This document shows, piece after piece, positions 33,740 to 50,954 of a stretch of DNA of 64,000 bases. Origin of the DNA: Dictyostelium discoideum (taxonomy: Eukaryota); NCBI GenBank assembly GCA_000004695.1, contig CM000154.2:1568001-1632000 (forward strand), written 5' to 3'. The position numbers and the translations under genes are program-made. Position 1 is the first letter of the stretch, and every line of letters starts with the position of its first letter. Under the pieces are notes generated by a model, which did no database searches, was not told the DNA's origin, and saw nothing but the letters and a program-made list of their open reading frames with translations.

Positions 33740-34392
33740 TATATATATATATTAATATGTATATATTAATAATAAAATATAATAAATAAATAATTAATTA
33801 ATTAATTAATAATTACATTTAAAATTACAATAAAATAATAAGTTGAAAAAGTTTTAAAAAATAATGCAAAACCTTCAACTGTAGTTCTAATTTTAAAGAG
33901 TAATAAATTTTGAGCTAAAATATACATTGGTTCACTTAATAATTCTAATATTGAACTAATTGTAAATAATCTTAAACCGTAATGATAATTTAAGATTTCT
34001 AATGTTTCTTTTGTTGATGTGTAGAGGAAAAAGTTTTCAAAAATGATTGATAATCCAATACCAATTGGTAAAACTAACCATGATAAATTTATAACAGATT
34101 TTAAATTATTATCATTATTTAATTTATCTGTAATATTAACTCTTGTACATGCTCTTCTAATTGCTTCACGTGATAAAAATAAAATTATTGATGACAATAA
34201 TTGATATTGAATTGCTGATACTCCAAAAATACTATCATCAACTCCAACAATTACTAATGTATTAATAATAAATGTAAATAATCTTGATATAATTTGTAAT
34301 CCAATTAAATAGAATGCTCCAACTAAACCATTCTTTAATACATTTGATTCTGTTTGTGGTTGTTTCATTTTATTTTTTTGTTTATTCCTCAA
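32467..34392 (-). CDS. rft1: RFT1 homolog (oligosaccharidyl-lipid flippase family), three exons: complement(join(33828..34392,32873..33707,32467..32765)). The exon-1 donor could alternatively be at 33816.
   Basis: Exon 1 carries ...IIALFLSREAIRRA...LELLSEPMYILAQNLLLFKIRTTVEGFALFFKTFSTYYFI (compare human RFT1 ...TTLFLAREAFRRA...[42 protein letters not shown]). Exon 2 starts MGLIGFGYAQILYSL (human LPHLGLYIFSLAQLFY). Splice phases are consistent (0/0 and 1/1). The protein has multiple TM segments. Confidence 0.8.
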
Positions 34393-34407
34393 AAATTAAA
34401 AAATTAG

Positions 34408-34441
<34 letters not shown>

Positions 34442-34764
34442 AAATCCACCATCACAAATCTAAATCAAAAAAAAAAAAAAAACAGAATTTTCTTTTTCTT
34501 TTTATTATGATAAAGTATATTACAACTTTTAAGAAATTATTTTTTAATATAGTTTTTGATAATTATTTTTTTTTTTTTATTGTTTTTTTTTTTATTTTTT
34601 TTTTTTCTTTAAATAGAATTATACATTTGAAGATAAAAAGGTGGAGAAGGTAGGAAAAAGGAAGGAAGAGGAGGATTATTGTTATTACTGTAGTTTGTTT
34701 TTTTTTTTTTTTTAGTTTTTAATTTTTTAGTTTTTTTTTTTATTATTATTTATAATTATTATTA

Positions 34765-35564
34765 TTATTTATTTGATTTAATTAAACTAAAGAATTCAGC
34801 ACGAGTTCTAGAGTCTTTTTCAAAAATACCGCAAACAGATGAGGTGACAGTACTTGCACCTGGTTTTTGTACACCTCTCATAACCATACACATGTGTGAT
34901 GCTTCAATTACGACGGCAACACCCATTGGATTTAAGTGAGCTTGAATTGCTTGTGCTATTTGTCTGGTTAAACGTTCTTGAACTTGTAACCTTCTGGCAA
35001 AAATTTCAGCAACTCTTGCTAATTTACTTAAACCTAAAACTTTTTGATCTGGAATATAACCAATATGGCATTTACCATGGAATGGCACCATATGATGTTC
35101 ACATAATGAAAATATATCAATATCTCTGACAACAACCATCTATTTTTTTTGTAAAAATAAAAAATAAAAAAATAGTTAGTATTTATAGATCTATATAATT
35201 GTGTATGTTTATATATATAAAATTTTATATAAAAACTTACTTCATGATGATTTTCATTAAAAATTGCTTCACCAATAACTTCATCAACAGATTGCTCATA
35301 ACCTTGTGTAAAAAATAATAAAGCCTTTGACATTCTTAATGGTGTCTTTAATAAACCTTCTCTATCTGGATCTTCACCTAAACTACTTAATAATGTCTTT
35401 ACTGATGATTGCATTGTATTTAAAACTTCATGGTTATGGATTAATGGTTCTCTCTTCTTTCCAAAATCAACTAATTCCTTTCCTTTTCCATTTGATCTTT
35501 CATAAATTTCTTCATCTTCATTTTCAATATGATTATCTTGGTATGATTTTAAATTGTCACTCAT
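34765..35564 (-). CDS. gchA: GTP cyclohydrolase I. complement(join(35241..35564,34765..35139))
   Basis: Exon 1 ends ...[10 protein letters not shown] at GTAAGT. Exon 2 begins [30 protein letters not shown]...[26 protein letters not shown], the classic GCH1 core (compare [22 protein letters not shown]). The 101-bp intron is phase 0. Confidence 0.9.
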
Positions 35565-36183
35565 TTTATTTTATTTGTATATGTATATGTTATTATTGTT
35601 ATTGCTAAAGTTTTATTTTTGTATAAACAATAATTGTTGGATTTTTGAATAATTTTAAAAAAATAAAATATAAAAAAAAAAAAAAATAAATTGTCAGAAT
35701 TTTTTTAATTTAGAAAATAAAATAAAAAAAAAAAAAAAAAATTGAAATGAAATAAAAAAATAAAAAAAAAAAAATGAAATAAAAAAATATTAAAAAAAAG
35801 TTAAAAAAATAAAAAAAATGTGAAAAAATGATTTAATTAATGTTGGTTGGATTATAAAACTTAAGCATTAAAGAAGTAATTTTATGCGGCATTGGTGGGT
35901 TGGGCTCTTTCTTTTTTAAATTCACTTTTTTAATATTTATGATATGTTTATTTCTAATCTTTGGTTTTATTTATTATTTATTGTTATTTTTATTTTTTTA
36001 TCACTTTTTTTTTTTTTTTTTTTTTTTATTGGGCCAAAGAATGTGGTTGTGAAAGTATGAATAATTACATTTATAGAATAGTTTTTTTTATTTAATTTGG
36101 GTTTAATTTTTTTTTTTTTAATTTTTTTTTTTTTTAAAATTACATATATGTCGTGTTGCTTATAATTAGTTTTTAAGATTTCT

Positions 36184-36219
<36 letters not shown>

Positions 36220-36661
36220 AAAAAAAATTGTAGTATGAAAAAAAATGAAAAATTAATGAGAAAAAAAAAAAAAAAGAAAAAAATATTTTTCCTTTTTCTA
36301 GAACGAAAGAATGTTCCCAATTTTTTAAAATTTTTTTTTTTGAATTTTTTTTTTTTTAAATATCCCAAATATTCTGCAAACATTTTTTACAATTTTAAGA
36401 AAACCTATGGTTTATTTTTGATACCATCAAAAAAAACTAAAAAAAATTAAAAAATAAAAAAAAAAAAAAAAAAAAAAAAAACTATCAAGATATTTTTTTT
36501 TTTTTTTTATATCATCATAATTATCAAAACAAATAAATTTTATAAAAAAAAATATAATAAATAAATAAAAAAAAAAACAAAAAACACTAAAAATAGAAAT
36601 AAACTATCAAGATATTTTATTTTTTTATTCTTTTATTTTTTTATTTTTTTATTTTATTTTT

Positions 36662-37147
36662 TTATAAACCTAAATCTGATAAACTTGGATGATCATCAGG
36701 TCTTTTACCGCATGGCCAATGAAATAATCTTTGTGATTCACTAATTGAGAGATCATTTATTGATGCATGTCTTTGAACCATTAGACCAAATTCATTGAAT
36801 TCCCAATTTTCATTTCCATATGATCTAAACCAATTACCATTTAAATCTTTCCATTCATATGCAAATCTGACGGCAATTCTATTACTACCAGCTTGAAATG
36901 TCCACAACTCTTTAATTAGTCTATATTCAACCTCTTTTTCCCATTTCTTTTTTAAAAATTCAACAACTTGTGTTCTACCATTAATAAATTCATTCCTATT
37001 TCTCCATTTTGTATCCAAACTGTATGCAAGTGAAACAGTTTCTGCATTCCTTGAATTCCATGCATCTTCTGCCATTCTAACTTTTTTAATTGCATCTTCA
37101 ATATTATTAAATGGTGGTACTGGTAATTTTATTTCTTGCATTTTCAA
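36662..37147 (-). CDS. DUF1348-family protein (SnoaL/NTF2-like fold), single exon, 161 aa
   Basis: [134 protein letters not shown] matches the DUF1348 consensus as I remember it ([11 protein letters not shown].V.lAYT.DS.WRNR.EF..GR..I..FL.RKW..[13 protein letters not shown]..NRIAVRF.YEW.D..G.[12 protein letters not shown]...GLM..R.ASIND..I.E.eR.F.W). The consensus is recalled from memory and needs an HMM check. Confidence 0.75.
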   Translation of the reverse strand: MKMQEIKLPVPPFNNIEDAIKKVRMAEDAWNSRNAETVSLAYSLDTKWRNRNEFINGRTQVVEFLKKKWEKEVEYRLIKELWTFQAGSNRIAVRFAYEWKDLNGNWFRSYGNENWEFNEFGLMVQRHASINDLSISESQRLFHWPCGKRPDDHPSLSDLGL

Positions 37148-37475
37148 ATTATTATTATTATTATTTTTATTATTATTTTTCTTTAAACTTTTCTTATTTT
37201 TTTATTTTATTATATTTTTCTCAACTAAAATACCTATATATATATGTTTTATTTTAATTTTAAAATTTTATTTTTTTTTTTAAAAATTAAATTGGATTCT
37301 GTTCTATTGATTCTATTAATCTTTGAATTTTTTGGATTAAAAAGAAAATTCTTTTTGTTGTCAATGAAAATAAAATTAAAAAAAAAAATCTTTTTTTATT
37401 TTTTTTTATTTTTTTTTAATTTTTTTTTTTAATTTCGACAAAAAAGTGTGTGTTGATTTTTTTTTTTTTTAATGT

Positions 37476-39192
37476 GTGAGGAAGATGATATCATATGAAT
37501 ATTGTGATAGTAGTGATAGCTTCTATTTTAATGATATTCAAGATTTTGATTTTAACCCATGGATAGAAGTAAAAAGTGTTTCTGAAAAAGGTAGATGTGT
37601 ATTTTCAAAGAAATTCATACCAAAGGGTACAATGGTATTTAGGGATATCCCATATGCCGCAATCGTTGATAATCAATTCAAAAGAAATATTTGTACAACT
37701 TGTTTTAAAATTTTATTAGAATCAAATAGACATAATTTTCAAACATGTCCTTCTTGTTTGTGAGTTTATTTTTTTTTTTTTTCTTTTTGTTTAATTTTTT
37801 ACCCCCTCCACCATTTAAAATTTTCCCACTAATCTATTTTTTCTTTTTTTTTTTTTTTAAATTTTTAGTCAAGTTAATTATTGTTCAAATTATTGTAAAC
37901 AGTATAGTAAAATTGAAACTAAACATACAGAATTAGAATGTAAATGGATTCAAGATTTCACAGTTTCATTTAAACATCAAATGGCAGAAGATGATAGAAA
38001 TATTGTATTATTAGTATTAAAAATTTTAGCTAGAAGAATTCATGAAAAACAATCTACAATATTTCATAATAAACCTTTAACAACCAATACTTTTGAAACT
38101 TGTACAAGTAATAATAATAATATAGACTTATTACCAATGATACCAAATGATATACCAGATTTAATTGATCATCTAGATGATTATTTCATTAATTCTAAAA
38201 ATAATAATGAATTTGAAAATGAAGAAGAAGAAGAAGAAGAACAAGAACAAAAAGGAGAAGGAGAACAAGAAGAAAATGAAAATAATGAAAATAATGAAAA
38301 AGTTAAAAAAAAAGTAATAATAATAGATGATAATGAAAAAGAAAAAGAAGAAATAAAGAAATTTAATAAAATTTGGAAAAATGATTTTAAAAGATTAATT
38401 AATATTGCCAAAGTTATTCAAATAATTATTGATGATTCAATAGATAGTTTGGAAAATATAAAATGTGATTATGGATTTGTTGATAATCAAGGTGATACTG
38501 AAATGGTTGATAATTCAATTGATCCAAAAGGATTAGATAAATTGGTTGATAATTTATCAAGTTCAGATTTAAATATCTTAAGATTATTATGTAAAATTAG
38601 AGCAAATTATTTTGGTTTATGGAATTCTGCTTATAAACCAATACCATTAAATTCAATTGATGATGATGATGATGATAATAATAATAATAAAGAGAAACCA
38701 AATAATGATTATTTATGGTGTGGATCTGGTGTATATTTAAAATTGTCATTATTTAATCATAGTTGTTTTCCAAATTGTACAACTTTAATTGAATATAATA
38801 TAAATAAAAAGAATAGTAATAATAATAATGGTAATAATGGTAATAATAATAGTTATGGTGATACTAATCAATTAACAATTTCAATTATAACATTACGTGA
38901 TATTGAAGAGAATCAAGAGTTATTAATTACTTATATACCTTTGAATCAAAAAATTAATGATAGAGTAAAGAGTTTAAAATCAAATTGGCTCTTTCAATGT
39001 GATTGTAAACGTTGTCATTTCGAAAAGATAAATGAAAATCAAACTGAAAAAATTTATAAAGATTCTTGTTGTACAAATCAAAAGTGTTCTGGTGGTTTAT
39101 TGATACCATTGGAACAAAATTCAACTCAAGGTATATGTAGAGTTTGTAAAAACACTTATACATTACCAACTGTATTCTATCCACTAAAATAA
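37476..39192 (+). CDS. SET and MYND domain (SMYD-like) protein. join(37476..37759,37869..39192)
   Basis: The MYND finger is split by a 109-bp intron (GTGAGT donor, phase 2): ...CTTCFKILLESNRHNFQTCPSC|FQVNYCSNYCKQYSKIETKHTELEC. The SET/post-SET region is ...LWCGSGVYLKLSLFNHSCFPNCTTLIEYN...ELLITYIPLNQ...WLFQCDCKRCHFEK. It has a long acidic/N-rich insert. Confidence 0.8.
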
Positions 39193-39200
39193 ACATGTAG

Positions 39201-39262
<62 letters not shown>

Positions 39263-39319
39263 ATAATAATGATAATAATAAAAATAAATAAATAAAAAAA
39301 AGTATTATTTCTTTCTTTT

Positions 39320-39359
<40 letters not shown>

Positions 39360-39943
39360 TTTTTAAAAAAAATCCACTTAATTTTAAGGGTTTGGAATTG
39401 TATAAAATCCCAAAGGTTAAGATTGTGTCTTTTAAAAAAGTAATGGTTTTCAGTAAAAGAAAAGATTAAGATGGTGTCTTTTAATAAACCAAAAGATAAA
39501 AAGAATATTATTTAAAACACGTAATCGTTTTATTTTTTTATTTTTTTTTGGGTAATAAAATTAGGTGTTGTAATGGAATAAAGAATATAGAATATGGAAT
39601 ATGGTATTTTTTTTTTTTTTATTCCTTTCCTAACAAAAAAAAAAAAAACGATAAAAAAAAAAAATAATAAAAAAAAATTATGATCAAATACTCAACTCAA
39701 ATAATAGTTTTGGGGTTATAAATAATTAATAATAATATTTCGATCCAGTTTCATTTTTGAAAATAAAATAAAAAAAATAAAAAAAATAAAAAAAAAAATA
39801 AAAAAATGAAAAAATAAATTATTTTTTGTTTTTTTTTTTTATTTTTTTAATTTTTAAAATTTCGTAGGGTTGTATAAATGCACATAAAATTATTTAATAT
39901 CAAATAGAATCAAATAAAAAAAGTATATAAAAATATATATAGC

Positions 39944-40049
39944 ATGTCAAAAAGAGTTAGTGCATTTGGAGCTGAGGGTGATGATGAACCTCAAGAAAAA
40001 CCAATGAAACCTTTTATATCATTTAGTAGTAATATCAATAACAACAATA

Positions 40050-40116
<67 letters not shown>

Positions 40117-43100
40117 TAATATTGGAACTGGAATTAATTTAAATATTAAAAATAATAATAATATAAATAATAATAATAATAAAAGTGGTTTCCCAGTTAA
40201 AAAATCAAGATTTAATGGAGAGGATGATGACGATGATTATTTCTTTTCAAATGTTCCACCTAAATCATCAATGACCACATTAAATAAATCTCCACCAAAC
40301 TTTGAAAATGCTAGTAGCAACAACAATAACAACAATAATAATAATAATCAAGAATCTGATAGTAAAAATCAAAATGAAGATGAAGACGATGAAATCGATC
40401 CATTAGATGCATTCATGGAAAATGTCAATGCACAAGCGGCAATTGATAACAGTAAATCCATTGAAAAAGGGCAACAGCAACAGCAATCACTAAAAGTATT
40501 GTATTTTCTTCACCACCATCTCGCTGGGATACAAAACTTTCATTTTGTCCACTACTAATTTTCACCCCTTTTTCTATAATTAATCTCTTTTTTTTTTTTT
40601 AAAAAAAAAAAATATTTATAAATAATTATAATAATAATTTTTATAATAAATAATAATAATAATTATAATTTTTATTATTATTATTATTATTTTTTTTTGT
40701 AATCATATTGATACAAAAAAATAAATAAAATAAAATAAAATAAAATAAAATAAAATAAAATAAAATAAAATAAAATAAATTTATAAAGTCTAAAAGAGAT
40801 GATATTGATAATGAAGATGATGAAGAAATATTCTATAAATTAAGACAAAAGCAATTGGCTAACAAATCATCAAAACAACAACAAGATGATGATGTAGATT
40901 ATTCAAGTTTAGACGAGTAAGTGACACCACAATTATATATAGATAAAAATATATTTAATTATTTTATTAATTCATTTTTTTTTTTTTTTTTTAATAATTT
41001 TTTTTTTTAGTGATGATGGATATTTTGATGATGAAGAATCATTAAAGAATGGTCAAAGTAAAGGTAAAAGAATTATTGAACCATTACCACCAATTGACCA
41101 TTCAAAAGAGGAATACATTGAGTTTAATAAAATCTTTTATGAAGAACATCCAGATATTGCCAATTTAACAGAAGAACAAGTATTTGAAATTAGAAAGAAT
41201 TTAGATATTAGAATGACAGGTACTGATTTAATTAATCCTGTCACTTCATTTGGTCATTATGGTTTCGATGATATTTTATTACAAGCTATAGCAAAACAAT
41301 CAATTGAAACACCAACACCAATTCAAAAACAAGCCATCCCCATCGCATTGTCAGGTCGTGATTTAATTGCAATTGCTAAAACCGGTTCTGGTAAAACCGC
41401 TACTTTCATTTGGCCTTCCATTTCACACATTATGGATCAACCCTATCTTGAAAAAGGTGATGGTCCAATCGCTTTATTCTTGGCACCAACTAGAGAATTG
41501 GCTCATCAAATTTATTTAGAAACTTTAAAATATTCAAAATATTTTAAATTAAAGTAAGTAATTTTAAAAAAAAAAAAAAAATGAAAAAAAAATTATTTAA
41601 TAAATTAAATATTTTTGATATTAATATTTTCCTTTTTTTTTATTTTTTTATAATAATATTAAATAGAACAACAGTATTATATGGTGGTGTATCAAAACAA
41701 CAACAATGTAAAGAATTAAAAGCAGGATGTGAAATTATTGTAGCAACACCTGGTAGATTAATAGATATGATAAAATTAAAAGCAACCAAATTAAATCGTG
41801 TTAGTTATTTAGTATTGGATGAAGCTGATAAAATGTTTGATTTCGGATTTGGACCACAAGTGTTATCAATTGTTAATCATGTTAGACCAGATAGACAAAC
41901 ATTATTATTTTCTGCTACTTTCAAACCAAATGTTGAAGAATTTGCACGTACTATTCTATCAGATCCAATAAAGATTTCAATTGGTATGATTGGTAGTGCC
42001 AATTCTGATATCACCCAAATCGTTCAAGTTTTAAAATCAGATTCTGACAAATGGAATTGGCTAACCAATCAACTAGCACTACTATTGAGCCAAGGTAGTG
42101 TATTAATCTTTGTTAGTACCAAAGTTGCCGTGGAACAATTGTCAAGCAATTTAACAAAATTTGGCTTTCAAACATGTACATTACATGGTGACAAGAATCA
42201 AATTGAAAGATCACAAACTATTCAAACTTTTAAAGAGGGAAAGATTAACATTTTAATTGCCACTGATGTTGCAGCTAGAGGTTTAGATATTCCATTGATT
42301 AAGAATGTAGTAAATTATGATACATCAAGAGACATTGAATCACATACTCATCGTATTGGTAGAACTGGAAGAGCAGGTAATACTGGTGTTGCTTATACTT
42401 TAATAACTCCAAAGGATATTCATTTCTCTGTTGATTTAATTAAAAATTTAGAATCTGCAAGTCAATTTGTGCCACCTGAATTAATAGATGTTGCAATGAA
42501 TAATCCTCATTTCAAAAGAGAAAGAGGAGGCGGTGGTGGTGGTTCAAATAGAGGTAGAGGCAGAGGTGGTGGCGGTGTGGGTTATCGTAGAAATAGTAGA
42601 GGCGGTGGTGTAGCTTTTAATAGTAATAGAGATAGCAGTAGAAGTGATTCTCAAAATAAATTTATTCCTGCACAATCTGTCGAGGGTGGAAGGTTATTTA
42701 ATCCAAATAATACAGATAATAGTGAAATCAATAATGAAAATGAAAAAAGTATCAATAATGAAAATAAATTCAGTAATAATAATAGTGGCTCAAGCAATGA
42801 TAGAAACAGCATTAACTACAGAAATAATAGTTTCAATAATAATAGTAATAATACTAATAATAGTGGAAACAGTAACTTCAACAATAGCAATAGCAACAAT
42901 GGCTACAGCAATAATAACTATAATAATAATTATAAAAATAATAGTAATTATAACAATAGTAATAATAATAATAATAGCTATTATAATAATAACAATAGTA
43001 ATAATAACAATAATAGTAATTATAATAATAGTAGTAATAATAACAATAATAATAATAATAATTATAGGAATGGCAATAATAATAATAATTATAACAACAA

Positions 43101-43404
43101 TAACTATTATAATAATAACAATAGTAATAATAACAGTAGCAATAATAACAATAGTAATAATAACAGTAGCAATAATAACTTCAACAATAACTTTAACAAT
43201 AATAATAATAATAATGATAATAGTAATTTCAATAGAGCTTTACCTTTTAATGATTTTAATAATAATAATAATAATAGTAATAATAATAACTTTAATTACA
43301 ACAATAACTTCAATAATAGTTATAATGCTAATAATAGTAACCACTACAAGAATAACAATAACTCCAATAATTTTAACCAACGTTCTCAATACAATAGACG
43401 ATAA
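39944..43404 (+). CDS. ddx42: ATP-dependent RNA helicase DDX42 (SF3b125) homolog. join(39944..40495,40789..40916,41011..41553,41667..43404)
   Basis: Compare human DDX42: DPLDAFMENVNAQAAID ~ DPLEAFMAEVEDQAARD; IEPLPPIDHSKEEYIEFNKIFYEEHPDIANLTEEQ ~ IDPLPPIDHSEIDYPPFEKNFYNEHEEITNLTPQQ; GSGKTATFIWPSISHIMDQPYLEKGDGPIALFLAPTRELAHQI ~ [67 protein letters not shown] ~ SKWNWLTRRLVEFTSSGSVLLFVT; the HRIGRTGRAG motif. Splice phases check (0/0, 2/2, 2/2). The C-terminal ~250 aa are N/S/Y/G-rich low complexity. Confidence 0.9.
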
Positions 43405-43472
43405 AACATTAATAAATCTTTTTTTTTTTTTTTTATTTTTATTTTTAAAAACTAAAAATTCTTTTAATAAAT

Positions 43473-47213
<3,741 letters not shown>

Positions 47214-47237
47214 TATTTAATAATTATAATCTTTTGA

Positions 47238-47268
<31 letters not shown>

Positions 47269-48057
47269 AGAAAAACTGATAAAAAAAAAAAAAGTTAGAA
47301 AAAATTAAGAAATTTAAAAAAAAAGAAAAAATATCTTTTTTTATTTTTATTTTATTTTATTTTATTTTTTAAAATAAGATATTTTTGTGAAAAGTGTTTA
47401 AATGAAATTAAAAAAAAAAAAAAATAACTGAACTTCTCAAAAATTTTATTTTTTTTATTTTTTTTTTATTTATTTTATTGTTTTATTCATTTTATTTTTA
47501 TTTTTATTTTTTTTAAATGAAGTATTCTGTTTTTTTTTTTTTAAATTGATTGACATTTTGATTGAAATTATACTCTGGTAAATAAAACAAAACTATTTTT
47601 AAAATTAATCTCACCTTCCAATTTGTTTGTTGCCATGTTTCGCTTTGATCACATTTTGATTTTTTTTTCCTTTTTTTTTTAATTTTCAATTTTTTTTTTA
47701 TTTTTTTCATTTTTTTATGAAAATTTTTGGTAACCATCGCATCGCGTGATTAAAACGTTTTAATTAATATTTTTTTGAATTATTTTTTTTTTTAAATTTT
47801 TTTTTTTTTTTTTTTTTGCGCACATTTATAACTATTAATAACAATTTAACCTTACAACTTTGTTTTATTTATATTTATATTTACTGGGTTTCCTTTTCTA
47901 TAAAAAAAAAAATAAAAAAATAAAAAAAAAAAATAAACACCAAAAAAAAATAAAAAAATAAAAAAATAAAAATAAAAAAAAAATAAAAATATAAATATAA
48001 AAAAATAAAAAAATATTTAAAAAAAAAAAACCCTTTTTTCAGTAATATTATTTATAA

Positions 48058-48549
48058 TTGCATACAATTATAATGAATAAAATAAGTGATACAATAATTA
48101 TTACCTCTACATCAAATGAAGATGAAGTAGATAATAATAACAATAATAATAATTTAAAAGAAATTGATCGCTCACCTAGAGTGAATAATAATAATAATAA
48201 TATTTTGACCAATGTAAATAATAATAAAAACAATACTATTACTAGTAGTGGCGGTAGTGATAGTAGCAGTAGTAGTAGTAATAATAATAATAATAAAATA
48301 AAAAAAAGTAAAAAACATAAAGAAAAAGAACACATGGATTCAATCGTTAAATTATATTCTGGTAAATTTGATTCTTGGATGGTGATTTGCCATCTTTTTA
48401 AATATAGGGATAACCCAGGTATAGTTGATTTTTTATGTAATAAAATGTATAATTTAGAAGATAAAGATATTGATTTCTATATAACCCAACTTTGGTAAGT
48501 TTAATAATATTTCAAAAATTATTTATATTAATATATATATTTTTCAAAA

Positions 48550-48603
<54 letters not shown>

Positions 48604-49371
48604 ATAAAAAAAATTTTTGCCAACACTTTTTTTTTTTATTACTTAATTTAATTAACTAATTATTTATTATAATTATTATTATTTAGTATATTATTAATTA
48701 ATCAACCACATGATCAAAAAGCATCATTTTCATCATTAGCAAGATTTATCTTGGATAGATGTGCAAGTTCATTTAGGTTTGCAATAAAAGCATATTGGAT
48801 TTTTCAAGCATTTGAAGAGGATGGAGAGAAAAATTTATTCAGTATTGAAGGTAGTGTATATTTGCATTCACCTTCAACATCACCAAAAGATGTACCAATG
48901 TATAGTAATGATCAAATAGTTCCTATAGATTTAGATAAAATATATAATCAAAGCCAATATGATGATGATGATTTCGATCTGTCTGATGATGATGGTGGTT
49001 TTGAAATAATAAAAAAAAATGACCATCATTATGAAAATGATCATCATATTGAAAATGATCCTAAGAAAGATATAAATAGCAATAACAATAATAATAATAA
49101 TATTAATAATAATAATAGTAATAATGATGATAATAATAATAATGAAATTTTGCCAAATGAAAATAGCGATAATAGTATAAATGATGAAAACAACCAATAT
49201 GGAAATAGTAATAATAATAATAATATTAGTGGTGAAAATGATAATATAAAAATCGATATAAATAGTCAGAATAAGAGTGATAGTAATATAGAAACATTAA
49301 ATTCAACATTATGCGAAGAAACAAAGACATCACCAATAAAGGATGATATGGAAAATAATAATAATAATAAC

Positions 49372-49417
<46 letters not shown>

Positions 49418-50921
49418 TTAATAATAATAATATTAATAATAATAATATTAATAATAATAATAATATTAATTATGGACATATTAATGGATCATTATCAACA
49501 TTGGATGGAATTGGTCAACCATATATATCACAACCAAATGATCCAATTGAAAATATTACACAAATTTTAAAAAGAAATAGAATTATTTATAAAAAAGTTG
49601 AAGAGAAAAAAGAATTGGCAACTAGATTAAGAGAATTTTGTGAAATGTCTGTAATTACTTGTTCTAGACCTTTAATTACAAGACCAAGAACATCTTCATT
49701 ACCTTCACCATTAATAAGTTATAATAGTGGTAAAATAGGTGGTAATTACCATAAAATTTTATCACCATCCTCAGTTGATTCAACTTCACTAATTAGTGAG
49801 GATGATAAAATCATTGAGAAAGAAGAAGAAGATAATGTTGTTGAAGATGATGATGATGATGAGGTTAACAGTGAAGATTTTATACCAACTGCCACAACAA
49901 CAGCAACAACAACAACAACAACAATACCAAATCACCTTTCAAAAACTACATCTGGTGTTGGTATCAATAGTAATTCAAGTACACCAATCAATATAAATAG
50001 TGCAGGAGCAGGTGCAGGTGGTGGTGGTGAAATTAATCATATCGGTTATGATGATATCTCTTATTTGGATAAATGCAAAACTCCACCTGCTGAATCAAAA
50101 TTATCTGATCATGATTTCGAATTTGAGCTTTCAAAAAGTCATAGATGTGATTATTTAAATGATATCCTTTCTTTTATTCAAAAATTAGCTCACATTTCTA
50201 AAATTTTATTACCAATTCCGATCGATTTAAGACGTATGTAAAAAATTATAGGAAAGGAAAAAAAAAAAAATTAAAAATTATTAATAATAATTATTATTAT
50301 TTTTCAGAGGCAAAATTAAAACATGAAATTAGTTTATTAAATATTAATTTACCATTAGGATTATATGTCCCATTATGGCAAAGTTCAAATCATCATTGTG
50401 TTGTTAGAATTCCACCAGAAGAAGTAAAGATATTGAATTCAAGGGAAAGAGTACCATTTTTATTAGTATTGGAAGTGATTGAAAGTGAACATGAAGCATT
50501 ATCAAGTAATATATTTGAAGTTGTTTCATCTTATCTTCAATATACAACAGGTAATAGTGCTTTAAAGAAAGATGATATCAAACGTAAATATTACTCTGAG
50601 AAATTTAAGAAAAGCTTTTTAAATTCTTCAATAAATTCTACAATTAGTAATTCTAGTGATAGTTGTACAACTGAAACAACAACAACAAGTCCTGTAGCAA
50701 CATCACCAACATTACCAATAAATATTCCACATTCAAAATTAATTAATGATGGATCAAATTCAATAAGTAAATCATTACCAGTTACACCAACTCAATCAAC
50801 AGTTTTAAATAATTTAATTTCAACTTCAACAGCAATATCACCACCATCACAACAACAACAATTGCCATCACCATCCAATACTACTACTACTACAACAACA
50901 ACAACAACAAATACTAATAAT

Positions 50922-50954
<33 letters not shown>

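Noticed and set aside
35967-36450. ORFs rich in poly-Lys (35967-36383, 36235-36450) between gchA and the DUF1348 gene
   Set aside because: A-run translation in an intergenic A/T desert, with no supporting features.
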